64,000 bases of DNA from Octopus sinensis (Eukaryota). The position numbers were made by a program, and so were the translations under genes. The stretch's first letter is position 1. Every line of letters starts with the position of its first letter. Shown here piece by piece: positions 47,381 through 60,081 of the stretch. The notes beneath the pieces are model-generated. The model ran no database searches and was not told the DNA's origin. It saw only the letters and a list, made by a program, of their open reading frames with translations. Location: the NCBI RefSeq assembly GCF_006345805.1, contig NC_043024.1:2728001-2792000 (forward strand), given 5' to 3'.

Positions 47381-48783
47381 TTTATTGTTTTGTTTCAATT
47401 TTGAACCATCCAAACGTGGCCATTGCTAGCGCCGCCCCAACTGGCTTCCGTGCCGGTGGCATGTAAAAAGCACCATCCGATCATGGCTGTTTGCCAGCCC
47501 TGGCTAGCACCTGTGCCGGTGGCACGTAAAAAGCACCCACTACACTCACGGAGTGGTTGGCGTTAGGAAGGGCATCCAGCCATAGAAACATTGCCAGATC
47601 AGACTGGGCCTGGTGCAGCCTTCTGGCTTCCCAGACCCCAGTTGCACTGTCCAACCCATGCCAGCATGGAAAGTGGATGCTAAACGATGATGATGATGAT
47701 GATGATGATGATTTAAATATTTTATTGTGGTTTAAATGAAGCATTTTGTGATGGATTAGTTAAAATTATTTTTAAAAAGCCATCCGAGCGTGATCGTTAC
47801 CAGAGCAGCTATCCGGCCTCCGTGCTGGTGGCTCGTAAAAGACACCATTCAAACGTGACCGTTACCAGCATCTCCTTACTGGCATCTGTGCCAGTGGCAT
47901 GTGTAAAAAGATTCGAGCGAGGTCATTGCCCGTACCACCTGACTGACTGTAAAAGCACCCACTGCACTCTCGGAGTGGTTGGCGTTAGGAAGGGCATCCA
48001 GCTGTAGAAACACTGCCAGATCAAGATTGGAGCCTGGTGCAGCCATCTGGTTTGCCAGTCCTCAGTCAAATCGTCCAACCCATGCTAGCATGGAAAGCGG
48101 ACGTTAAATGATGATGATGACGATGTTGATGATGATGATGCAGAATATGAATTGGAAATAAATGAAAACAGAAGGATGACAAAACAACAGTTTACATTTT
48201 TACTTTGGATTTCAATATTTTGGGGCTAAAATGACTTCGTCTTCACGAGAAGATGGAAGATGGTAGTGAGATGGCATCTATTAATATAGATGTTTTTGAT
48301 CTATTTTGGATTCTGGTGCCCCAGCATGGCCGCAGCATTCTGTCTAAAACATTTTTAAGGATTTAAGGATCAAATTTGAATTCTTTGAAACAAATTTGAT
48401 TGCAAAGAATTCGAATTTGAGGCAAACTAGATCGAAAATATCTATATTTAATTTTACATTGTTGCGTAACCCAAGGTCAGATGTGATGTGATCAGGAAGA
48501 TCTATGATGACAGCCAGTCCAACCGTGACCAACATATCTTTTATTCATACACAATCCATCCAAGACCCCATCAGCCAATGTGTCTAACCATTTCCTTGAT
48601 GAATTAAAGTGAGATATGAAGAAGATTTAGTTGTTAGTTCTAGCAGATCAGGAAACCATGTAGGGGCTCTTTCACTGCTGTTGATATAGTGTTGTGTAAC
48701 CCTAGGTCAACCGCATCTGAGTTGATCTACAATTTAGTATTGGTTATTCCATCTTTTAGTCAGACATGGTGCATCAAAAACTA

Positions 48784-49202
48784 GGATCTTTTCGGTTTGA
48801 CCGGCAGTTTTTAAAAATAATTTCCACGTAACTAAACACTTTCAAACTTCGTATACTTGTAGAATGTGTTTATAAAACATCTTTTTCTCTTGGATTTATT
48901 GAGTAAATTCTATAGTTTGTAAGATATTTGTGTGTTTTTTTGTTCAATTTCTGCAATTTCAACCAATCAATGACGTCTATTGAGGTGAAAACAATCTGTG
49001 CCGTATGCATATGTCTCTCTTTTAAGAAACAGATTTGGGTTTATTTACATTTGTGAAGAAAAAAAAGATACCCTTCCCAACACCCCTAACCCTAACCCTA
49101 AAACAGATTGAAATGCAATAGATCGATACTAGGATCATAATTATGGGTGACAATTTCATATGACACCGCTAGAAAAAACTGCCGTTCAAACCGAAAAGAT
49201 CC
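48784..49202. mobile_element. MITE with ~28-bp TIRs GGATCTTTTCGGTTTGA(A/C)CGGCAGTTTTT and internal (CCCTAA)3
   Basis: TIRs read directly; related to 51593-52128 and 57712-58821. Confidence 0.85.
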
Positions 49203-49872
49203 ACTTTTTCCCCGATTTTTTTCCCGCTTCTGATAATCCTAATCTACACCATCTAAGATATTATCTCAAGAAACTTTAATTAAAAGCCATTTATTTTAAA
49301 GTTAAGCAGAAGCAAAATCCAGGTGGCGTCTCACTTCTAGTGTCAATTCCATCAATATTAAAGGCAATACATTTATAATTTTGGCCATAAAAAAGTTTTA
49401 AAAATCCCGTCCTAGAAATAATAATTAATAGAGCGATAGTATTGACGATAAATTATCAAATAATTGTCTTTTAAAGCCATAATATATACAAATCCTAGAA
49501 TATAATAAAGTTCACCAGAAAAGTATTTAATTATATTGGAAGCAGAGTTAGTTCCCCTTGGCAGTTATTGTTAATTTTTGTTTCCGTTTTGTTTCCTGTT
49601 TTTTTTGTGTTTCACACGCACCTTGCATTATTTGCTCAGATCCACTTTACGTCTGATATATTTAAGGGAAAACACAATTAAATCATACGTGATCGGTAAT
49701 TAACTGCGTAAAGAAACAGATACAGCATTCTTTATTATGTTGACCTCAAAAATATAAATCAACGTTTATTGTAAAAAAAATCAAAAAGATCCAGAAATTC
49801 TTTTGAAGCTGTCATTGTCCACTTAAGTTCTCGCTACTTCAACATATTGTCACGCCTTCCTCGTTGACTCTA

Positions 49873-49937
<65 letters not shown>

Positions 49938-51058
49938 GTAAGTATATATTTATATAACTATTTCTGTTGTATACGTGCCAGTTCGCGCAGATCTCTTTGT
50001 TTCGTTGTATTTAATATAATTCACGCAACCTCGGGCGTTACCCCAGGCATTTAGATTGTAGATTAGACACTTAAGTTGACATAATATTGAGGATTATTCC
50101 AGCCTTTCTTTTCCGGAATTTGTTAAATTAATAGTGACAAAACAAAACGAAAACAAAACCGATTTTCCAGGCCTTTAGCAAACCCAACAATCATAGCAAC
50201 AAAAATTCGACCTCTGATTTTTTAAGATCAGATCAGATTCAGCAGGTATCTCTGGAAAATTTTCATTTCCATAAAAAAGAAGTATTCATGTAAAAAAATT
50301 CCAGACGGGAAAGAGAGGAATAGTCCCCGACATAAATGTAATCAACATCAGAACGTATGAGGAAACAAACTCGACCTGCGTGAAATATCTGCCCTTCGTT
50401 TTTTATTTTTATTTTTTATTAATTTTTTTTTTCGCGTTAATTTCTGATAATATCGTAATCTACTTCATCTGAAAGGTATTTGTAGAAAATTTCGTTTAAA
50501 AACATTTATTTTTCAGAAAGTTATGAGGGGCGGGAGAGACTTGTCTTGTTGTGCCGAGATTGTCTGGTTCCAAACGTAGGAATCCATAATTTCTGTTGAT
50601 TCTTATAAAACATATCTTAAAATTAACGGATTCGGGGTTAGATGCTGTTTATAATGAATTATTTATAAGTTTCCAAACTGTTTTATATCTTCTTCCTTAA
50701 ATATACAATAGTTTCCGAAACAATATTTTCGTTTCGTTATTTCAGACAACCAGTAATGTTTTTTTACATGTTCCCCACTTTATCAAAATTACGTAGTAAT
50801 TCTTCTCTCGCCCTTTTAAGTAAACTTGCCAACTTTTCGTCGGACACTTGCTCATCCAGTTATTCAAGCCATATTGCCCTTAATAACACCAAAATAAACA
50901 TCTAGGCATTCCTTCGATATAACTCGACAGAACCAAAACCAAAACATTTCACTTCGGGTGTTTCCGTGAGTTGCGGAGTATAGCTATAACGAAATTATGC
51001 CAGCTTTTTAAACTTGAAGAGAAAAAAAGCCTTGCATATTTTTCCTTATTTGTTTCAG

Positions 51059-51333
51059 GTGTGTCTGTAAAATCCGCAAATTTCCAAGCAGAAAACAGAA
51101 TCGAACTGTCATTTGCTTCCACGGAAAAACCCGAAGTGTTTTGATTTTTGTCGAGTTATATCGAAAGATTGCCAACACTCAGGTCACATTCATCAGAAAA
51201 ATAATCTATTTAATGTGAAATTCACGCACATAATAAACATTTAACGAGCCACAGGGGAGCCTCTATAATCTGTCTCACGGATGAAGGATCTGAAATGAAA
51301 AGATTAAGGCCTGGATTGATAAAGCTACCAAAA
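51059..51333 (+). other. Possible 5'UTR exon of the zinc-finger gene
   Basis: Acceptor ttatttgtttcAG (51057-51058), donor GTAAGT (51334), upstream donor GTGAGT at 50966; no transcript evidence. Confidence 0.35.
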
Positions 51334-51592
51334 GTAAGTTAAAGATACACACCCACCCTGTTAGAAGTACTGACCAGATTTCTTCTTAAATTACACCTTA
51401 ATGTCTTGAAAATGGATCAATACATTGGATTTGTTTGAGTTAAACGTTTATGTCTATAGTTTACCAATATTTGAAATGTAGTAAGTCTGCGAGGTGGCAG
51501 AATCGTTAACGCGCCGGACAAAATGCTTAGCAGCATTTCATCCGTCTATACGTTCTGGGTTCAGATTCCGCCGAGGTCGACTTTACCTTTTC

Positions 51593-52128
51593 GGATCTTT
51601 TCACTTTGACCGGCAGGTTTTAAAAATAATTTCTTTGTAACTAAACACATTTAAACTTCGTATACTGGTAGAATGTGTTTGTAAAACATCTTTTTCTCTT
51701 GGCTTTATTGAGAAAATTCTATGGTTTGTAAGATATTTATTGTTGTTTTTTCTTTAATTTCTGCAATTTCAACCAATCAATGACGTCTATTGAGGTAAAA
51801 AAAAACATTCTGTGCCGTAAGAATATGTCCCTCGTTTAAGAAACAGATTGGGTTTATTTACATTTGTGAAGAAAAAAAGATACCCTTCCCCCATCCCCAT
51901 CCCTATCCCTAACCCTAACCCTGAAACAGATTGAAATGCAATGGATCGATACTAGGGTCATAATTATGGGTGACAATTTCATATGACACCGCTAGGAAAA
52001 ACTGCCGTTCAAACCGAAAAGATCCGTAGAATGTTTTATGTGACACATTCTACCAGTATACGAGGTTTAAAAGTGTTTAGTTACCAAAAAATTATTTTGA
52101 AAATCTGCCGGTCAAAGTGAAAAGATCC
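51593..52128. mobile_element. Same MITE family plus an extra inverted left end, inserted in a family-1 SINE
   Basis: Complete unit 51593-52022, then inverted copy of the left end; flanks accttttc / gccttttc (7 of 8 match, hAT-like TSD). Confidence 0.8.
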
Positions 52129-52223
52129 GCCTTTTCTTCTCTCGGAGTCGATAAAATAACTACCAGTGGAACACTGAGGTCAATATACATCGATTTTCCT
52201 TCTTACTTGAACTTGTTATCCTT

Positions 52224-52515
52224 GTGCAAATATATGGGAAACTACCACCTGTGTCATCTCTTGTGAAAGGTAGGAGAGTCCAGTTTGCTGGACATTGTTG
52301 TAGAGCTGAAAACGAGGTAATTTCTACCCTTCTCCTCTGGAAGCCATCTACTCGCGATACCAGAGGGCGCACACTCTCCTACCCTGATGCAATCTCCAGG
52401 GATACAGGCATCCAGCAACAGGACCTCCGTAATGCTATGATGGACCATGAAGTCTGGCGTAGCATGGTAAATTCCATTGTCTCGACCAAGGTCGAACAAT
52501 GTTGATGATGATGAT
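52224..52515 (+). mobile_element. 3' fragment of an RTE-like LINE with (GAT)n tail; second copy 61590-61850 (-)
   Basis: RRVQFAGHCCRAENE..STLLLWKP...GRTLSYPD...WRSMV. Confidence 0.7.
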
Positions 52516-52974
52516 ATCCTAGTGCCAAAATTTAAAACTAATACTAAAAATTGTGAAATTTCCCGTGTTGAATTTGTCATTTTTCATCTATATCTTATAT
52601 CGTATATTTAATAGATATTGTTTCTTTCATATTTCAGAATACGGAATACCAGATGTTTACTCCATAGAAAGGAATTTTCACTCTGAATGCATAATATTTA
52701 TGCTATTTTAAAAACTTGGAAAAGATATTATAGAGGAGAGATGGATGTTATACAGGACAGAAGTCTGCCTTAGAATATCCATGAAATATTTCATCTAAAT
52801 AAGACTATTTGCAAAGTTTCTCAATTATTTTGAATAATTTCTCAAGTTAGACGTGTTTATGAAGTTTGCAGCATTTTCAGGCATTGACGAAGATCACAGT
52901 TGATGGAAATATAGCAGAAAAACAATATTTGTGAGGAAAACTTTTTGTATCTTGAAGCAAAAACAAGGAAAATT

Positions 52975-54078
52975 ATGGAAAATACGTTATGTGATGTTTG
53001 TGGCAGATCTTTCTCTGAACACGACGACTTGGTTAAACACATCTGCAACCACGAAGTCGTAGCAGGGAGACCGCATCACTGCGACGTCTGTGGTAAATCG
53101 TTCTCCAGGAGAAGCAACTTAATTATTCACAAGCGTATCCATACAGGGGAGAAGCCGTATCCTTGTGATGTCTGTGGGAAATCGTTTTCCGAAAATGGTG
53201 TTTTGACCAAACACAAGCGCATTCACACGGGGGAGAAGTCCTATCACTGCGATATCTGTGGCAAATCCTTCTCTAGAAATAGTAACTTAACTACTCACAA
53301 GCGTATTCATACTGGGGAAAAATCGTATCACTGCCATATCTGTGGGGATTCCTTCTCTCACGGCAATAACTTGACTAAACACATACGAATTCACACAGGA
53401 GAGAGACCGTATCACTGTAACGTCTGTGGTAAAGCGTTCTCTCAGAACGGTCACTTAACCCAACACAAACGCATTCATACAGGAGAGAAGCCATATCACT
53501 GCGATATCTGCGGTAAATCTTTCTCAGGAAATGGCGAATTGACCAAACACAAACGAATTCACACAGGAGAGAAACCATATCACTGTGATATTTGTGGTAA
53601 ATCATTCTCTCGGAGCGACCATTTAAGTACCCATAAAGACATTCATATCGGTAAAAAACCGTGTTTCTGTGATATCTGTGGTAAGTTCTTGTCCGGGAGC
53701 AGTAACTTGGCCATTCACAAACGAATCCATACAGGTGAGAAACCATATCACTGTGACATCTGTGATAAATCGTTCTCCCAAGGCGGTGACTTAATCACTC
53801 ACAAACGCATTCATACAGGAGAGAAGCCTTATGACTGTGATATCTGTGGTAAATCATTCTCCGCAACGAGTCCGTTAACGAAACACAAACGAATTCATAC
53901 AGGAGAGAAGCCATATCGTTGTGATATTTGTGGTAAGTCTTTCTCTGGAAGCGGTAACTTATCCAGACATAAACATATTCATACGGAAGAAACACACTAC
54001 GACTGTGATATCTGCAGTAAATCATTCTCCCAAAAGAGTCTGTTAGCCACACATGTACGTATCCATACGGAAGAGTAA
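52975..54078 (+). CDS. C2H2 (Kruppel-type) zinc-finger protein, 367 aa, 13 tandem fingers
   Basis: Open frame from the first ATG; repeated CxxC-x12-HxxxH with TGEKPY linkers; no KRAB/BTB/SCAN-like domain visible; AATAAA near 54130. Confidence 0.92.
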   Translation: MENTLCDVCGRSFSEHDDLVKHICNHEVVAGRPHHCDVCGKSFSRRSNLIIHKRIHTGEKPYPCDVCGKSFSENGVLTKHKRIHTGEKSYHCDICGKSFSRNSNLTTHKRIHTGEKSYHCHICGDSFSHGNNLTKHIRIHTGERPYHCNVCGKAFSQNGHLTQHKRIHTGEKPYHCDICGKSFSGNGELTKHKRIHTGEKPYHCDICGKSFSRSDHLSTHKDIHIGKKPCFCDICGKFLSGSSNLAIHKRIHTGEKPYHCDICDKSFSQGGDLITHKRIHTGEKPYDCDICGKSFSATSPLTKHKRIHTGEKPYRCDICGKSFSGSGNLSRHKHIHTEETHYDCDICSKSFSQKSLLATHVRIHTEE

Positions 54079-54214
54079 CTGAGTCAATGTCGAAAGCCTT
54101 TCTATGAAAAAAATATAATTTCTACAATAATAAATAAATATGTTCAGAATAGAACGAAGATCGAACAGTGTGATAAGAGACTCTCCGAACTTTATTACAC
54201 CACAACTATATATT

Positions 54215-54630
54215 GGTGAGATGGCAGAATCGTTAGCACGCCGGGCGAAATGCGTTGCCGTATTTCGTCTGCCGTTACGTTCCGAGTTCAAATTCCGCCG
54301 AGGTCGACTTTGCCTTTCATCCTTCCGGGGTCGATAAATTAAGTACCAGTTACGTACTGGGGTCGATGTAATCGACTTAATCCATTTGTCTGTCCTTGTT
54401 TGTCTCCTCTATGTTTAGCCCCTTGTGGGTAATAAAGAAATAGGTATTTCGTCTGCCGTTACGTTCCGAGTTCAAATTCCGCCGAGGTCGACTTTGCCTT
54501 TCATCCTTCCGGGGTCGATAAATTAAGTACCAGTTACGTACTGGGGTCGATGTAATCGACTTAATCCGTTTGTCTGTCCTTGTTTGTCTCCTCTGTGTTT
54601 AGCCCCTTGTGGGTAGTAAAGAAATATATA
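54215..54630 (+). mobile_element. SINE family 1 dimer downstream of the ZNF
   Basis: Head + two near-identical units. Confidence 0.85.
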
Positions 54631-56641
54631 TATTGGTGAGGTAACATATTTTTAATAAAAAAACTGCTTTCAAAATACCAATGTGAATATTGTATGTATT
54701 GTAACTGAAGCCAGCAAGCTGGCAGAATCGTTAGCATGCTGGGCAAAATGCTTAGTATTTTGTCTGTCTTTGCATTCTGAGTTCAAATGTTGTTGTGGGT
54801 CGATAAAAGAAGTACCAGTAAGATACTAAGGTTGGTGTAACTGACTTACCCCGTCCTAGAAATTGCTGGGCTTGTGCCAAAATTTGAAACCAATATATAT
54901 TCTTATTTCTAGATGCAAGAGAAGATATTAATCTATTTGACATTGTGGGAAAATTGCTGAGAAATGTCTTCTCATATATCACAGCAGGTGGCAAGTAAAG
55001 AAACACCATTTCGACCCTGTGCTTGAGGAGATCCACAGAGTCAAGTACACTAACATAAAAATCAATGGAAACTGCAGTTGTGATCCCTGAGCTGGTGGCA
55101 CGTAAACAGCACCATCTGAAGGTGGCCGATGCCAGAGCCGCCTAGACTGGCTTTTGTGCCGGTGGCACATAAACAGCACCATCTGAAGGTGGCCGATGCC
55201 AGAGCCGCCTAGACTGGCTTCTGTGCCAGTGGCACGTAAACAGCACCATCTGAAGGTGGCCGATGCCAGAGCCGCCTAGACTGGCTTCTGTGCCGGTGGC
55301 ACGTAAAATGCACCAATTCGATCGTGGCCGATGCCAGCGCCGCCTCGACTGGCTTCCGTGCTGGTGGCACATAAAATGCACCATCCGAATCGTGGCCGAT
55401 GCCAGTGCCGCCTCGATTGGCTTCCATGCCGGTGGCACATAAAATGCACCAATCCGATCGTGGCCGTTGCCAGCCTCGCCTGGCACCTGTGCAGGTGGCA
55501 CGTAAAAAGCACCCACTACACTCACGGAGTGGTTGGCGTTAGGAAGGGCATCCAGCTGTAGAAACACTGCCAGATCAGACTGGAGCCTGGGGCAGCCTTC
55601 TGGCTTCCCAGATCCCCGGTCGAACCGTCCAACCCATGCTAGTATGGAAAGCGGACGTTAAACGATGATGATGATGATAATGATGAACACCAACGTACTG
55701 TGTTGACCCTTTTGATATTAACCCGTCTGAGATGGCCCTTCTTAATATGATACAAACGTCCTTGTTTAAAGTGATCTAAGTTTAAACCTTTCATCAACAT
55801 TTCAGGTTAATTTGTTTCAAACACCTATTTAATTATGACTGAGTTATTTTACAAAATTCTTCATTAACTTTAAAATTAATTAAAACAAAATTGGTGTGTT
55901 TTAAAAGAAGTATGGTGACAAAAAAACTTAATGTTAGAAATAAGTGTCTTGGGTCAACCAAAGTGTTTTGAGTGGATTTGGTAGAGGGAAACTGAAAGAA
56001 GCCCATCATACATATACATACACACATATCTCTTTCTCTTTCTCTTTTACTTGTTTCAGTCATTTGACTGCGGCCATGCTGGAGCACCGCCTTTAGTCGA
56101 GCAAATCGACCCCGAGACTTATTCTTTGTAAGCCCAGTACTTATTATATCGGTCTCTTTTGCCAAACCGCTAAGTGACGGGGACGTAAACACACACCAGC
56201 ATCGGTTGTCAAGCAATGCTAGGGGGACAGACACAGACACACAAACACACACACACATACATTTATATATATATATACGACAGGCTTCTTTCAGTTTCCG
56301 TCTACCAAATCCACTCACAAGGCATTGGTCGGCCCGGGGCTATAGCAGAAGACACTTGCCCAAGATGCCACGCAGTGGGATTGAACCCGGAACCATGTGG
56401 TTGGTTAGCAAGCTACTTACCACACAGCTAATATATATATTCTCCATTTTCTTATTTGTATTATGAATTTACGGTAAAAATATTTTTCCCTTCACCCATT
56501 CAATAGAATAAATGAATTAATTGCATTACAATTAATAGCATTTATGTATTTAGTATTTGGGTACTTTACCAGCAGTATATTGGATAACTGATATCCCATA
56601 GTGGGTTACACTCATAACCCCTATCTCACTTTGTGTGTATG

Positions 56642-56690
<49 letters not shown>

Positions 56691-56763
56691 ATAAATATTA
56701 GGGAATAAATCCAAATTTACAGGGAAAAAATCAGATTTAGGATTAAATCCAATTTTATAGTAA

Positions 56764-56957
56764 AATATATAATGTTAATTCGAGACAAAACCACTATTTT
56801 GCAAAACAAACAAAGAAAGACTTAATCAATACATAAAAAATTTTTAATATAAAGAAATATTTATTTCTTTATATTAAAAATTTTTATGTATTGATTAAGT
56901 CTTTCCTTGTTTGTTTTGCAAAATAGTGGTTTTGTCTCGAATTAATATTATATATAT
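56764..56957. repeat. Near-perfect 194-bp palindrome (arms of about 96 bp, 2-nt loop)
   Basis: Centre aaagaaata-TT-tatttcttt; only a few mismatches or indels; flanked by (TA)n. Confidence 0.9.
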
Positions 56958-56993
<36 letters not shown>

Positions 56994-57711
56994 CACCCTT
57001 CATTGGTCACTGCTTGCAAAGACCTGTTGAGGCAAGTGAAATCAAATCAAATTCAATGACTAACATTGTTTCTAGTGGAGCACTAAGAGCACCATCCGAG
57101 TGTGATTGTTGCCAGAGCGGCTAACTGGTGTTCGTGCTGGTATGCAGGTGGCATGTGAAAAAACACAATTTTTTCATGGCCATTGCCAGTACCACCTTAT
57201 TGGTCCTTATGTCGGTGGCACGTAAAAAGCACCCACTACACTCTTGGAGTGGTTGGCATTAGGAAGGGCATCCAGCTGTAGAAACTCTGCCAGATCAAGA
57301 TTGGAGCCTGGTGCAGCCATCTGGTTCGTCAGCCCTCACTCAAATCATCCAACCCATGGAAAGTGGACGTTAAACGATGATATCATCATCTTTATCATTG
57401 TTTAACATCAGCTTTCCATGCTGGCATGGGTTGGAGAGTTTGACTGAGGACTAACCAGAAGGCTGTCCCAGGCTCCAGTCTTATCTGGCAGAGTTTTTAC
57501 AGCTGGATGCCCTTCCTAATGCCAACCACTCCAAGAGTGTAGTGGGTGCTTTTTACATGTTGCCGACATGAGGGCCAGTCTGGTGCAGGCATGTAGCCAC
57601 GGGGGCAGCTATGGGGTGCTTAGTCCCCCCCCCCCAGTTAGTATTTCAGCCCCTCCAGTTTTAGAATTTGTTTTATTCACTCTTGGAAGAATGCATTATC
57701 TCAGCCTGGTT

Positions 57712-58821
57712 GGATCTTTTCCTTTTGAACGGCAGTTTTCAACACAATTTCTAGTTAACTGAACACTTTTAAACTTCGTATACTGGTAGAATGTGTCAAA
57801 ATAAAACATTTTTTTCTCTTGGCTTTCTTGAGAAAATTGTAATTTGTAAGTTTAATGTAGTTTAATTTTTCAAATTTTAACCAATCGATGGCCTCTATTG
57901 AGCTAAAATCATTTGCTGCATCTAAAACTTAGACAACATCCTGTCTCTAACCCTAACCCTAAATTTTAGCCCTTCGTTTTTTTTTTTTCTTAATTGTTAT
58001 CCTTAAATTAATTTAACAATTAAGAAAAAAAACGAAGCAAAAACTCAAAACAAAAACAAAACGAATAATTTTAGACACATGCGTAACAATTAACAAAAAA
58101 CAAAAAGAAAGGCTAAAATTTAGGGTGAGGGTTAGTGACAGGATGTTGTCTCAGCTTTAGACGGAGCAAATGATTTTAGCTCAATAGAGGCCATCGATTG
58201 GTTAAAATTCGAAAAATTAAACTACGTTAAACTTACAAATTACAATTTTCTCAAGAAAGCCATGAGAAAAAAATGTTTTATTTTGACACATTCTACCAGT
58301 ATACGAAGTTTTAAAGTGTTTAGTTACCTAGAAATTGTGTTGAAAACTGCCGTTCAAACGGAAAAGATCCAGAAATTGTGTTGAAAACTGCCGTTCAAAT
58401 GGAAAAGATCCAGAAATTGTGTTGAAAACTGCCGTTCAAAAGGAAAAGATCCAGAAATTGTGTTGAAAACTGCCGTTCAAAAGGAAAAGATCCAGAAATT
58501 GTGTTGAAAACTGCCGTTCAAAAGGAAAAGATCCAGAAATTGTGTTGAAAACTGCCGTTCAAAAGGAAAAGATCCAGAAATTGTGTTGAAAACTGCCGTT
58601 CAAAAGGAAAAGATCCAGAAATTGTGTTGAAAACTGCCGTTCAAAAGGAAAAGATCCAGAAATTGTGTTGAAAACTGCCGTTCAAAAGGAAAAGATCCAG
58701 AAATTGTGTTGAAAACTGCCGTTCAAAAGGAAAAGATCCAGAAATTGTGTTGAAAACTGCCGTTCAAAAGGAAAAGATCCAGAAATTGTGTTGAAAACTG
58801 CCGTTCAAAAGGAAAAGATCC
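57712..58821. mobile_element. Foldback-type element (arms of about 285 bp) with 12 tandem copies of its 41-bp terminus
   Basis: Arms 57712-~57995 and ~58085-58370; 58330-58821 = 12 x 41 bp; flanks gcctggtt / acctggtt (7 of 8 match). Confidence 0.88.
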
Positions 58822-60081
58822 ACCTGGTTGTGTTTGTAGATAGTTGAAAACAATACTTTTCAACATCGAATTGTTGAAGAGATACACTGTCAGCCTTGTT
58901 GTTGATGAAATAAAATGTTCCTTTCTTTACGCTGAAATGCAATGGAATGCATCATTTGTTATTAGGTACTTGGAAAACGGCAGGGTTCTGGAAAAATTAG
59001 CTGCAATGCCAACTTCTCAACATTATGTTATTGAAACATGGGCTGACTTGTTAATTAAGGAATTAACCAACCTTGCATTTATCCAAAGCATATATTGCCA
59101 CAATCCTATGCTGGTGCTTCTGTGATGTCTGGTAAAATCGGTGGCATTCAAAGAAAGATTCAGAATCGATTTGAAAAACATACACCCTATACTCTTTACT
59201 CTTTTACTCTTTTACTTGTTTCAGTCATTTGACTGCGGCCATGCTGGAGCACCGCCTTTAATCGAGCAACTCGACCCTGGGACTTATTCTTTTTTGTAAG
59301 CCCAGTACTTATTCTATCGGTCTCTTTTGCCGAACCGCAAAGTAATGGGGACATAAACACACCAGCATCGGTTGTCAAGCAATGCTAGGGGGACAAACAC
59401 AGACACACAAACACACACATACATACATATATATATACATATATACGACGGGCTTCTTTCAGTTTCCGTTCACCAAATCCACTCACAAGGCATTGGTAGG
59501 CCCGAGGCTATAGTAGAAGACACTTGCCTAAGGAGCCACGCAGTGGGACTGAACCCGGAACCATGTGGTTGGTTAGCAAGCAGCTTACCACACAGCCACT
59601 CCTGCACCTATTGTTCATTGTCTTAATCATCAGTTGCATCTTGTTGTGGTTATCACTAAGTGGATTCCGGAGTTAGCTACGTTCTTCAAAACCGTTAATG
59701 TTCTTCGTAATTTTATTTAACGGCCAAGGATAGCTAGTCTGTGCAAAGGATTGAAATTGTCACGTCTTATGGAGCATAAATGGTCAGGTGATTTCAGTGG
59801 CATTGCTTCTGTAATAGAAAATCACTCCCAAATTGTTGGTTTGCTAACCGAGTGTACAGATACATCATCATCATCATCATTTAGCGTCCGCTTTCCATGC
59901 TAGCATGGGTTGGACGGTTCAACTGGGGTCTGGGAAGCCAGAAGGCTGCACCAGGCTTCAATCTGATCTGGCAGTGTTTCTACGGATGGATGCCCTTCCT
60001 AATGCCAACCACTCCGTGAGTGTAGTGGGTGCTTTTTACATGCCACCGGCACAGGTGCCAGTTGGGGCTGGCAAATGGCTA

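Noticed and set aside
49084-49101. Interstitial telomere (CCCTAA)n, also near 51907 and 57950
   Set aside because: Only 2-3 units, at a fixed internal position of one MITE family.
52857-54291. Minus-strand ORFs overlapping the ZNF
   Set aside because: Antisense shadows of the repetitive finger codons.
54913-54998. Possible phase-1 exon encoding an amphipathic, antimicrobial-looking peptide (DAREDINLFDIVGKLLRNVFSYITAGGK*)
   Set aside because: No linked signal exon; the 3' part overlaps a family-3 subrepeat and the middle resembles a decayed SINE-2 block, so coincidence is likely.
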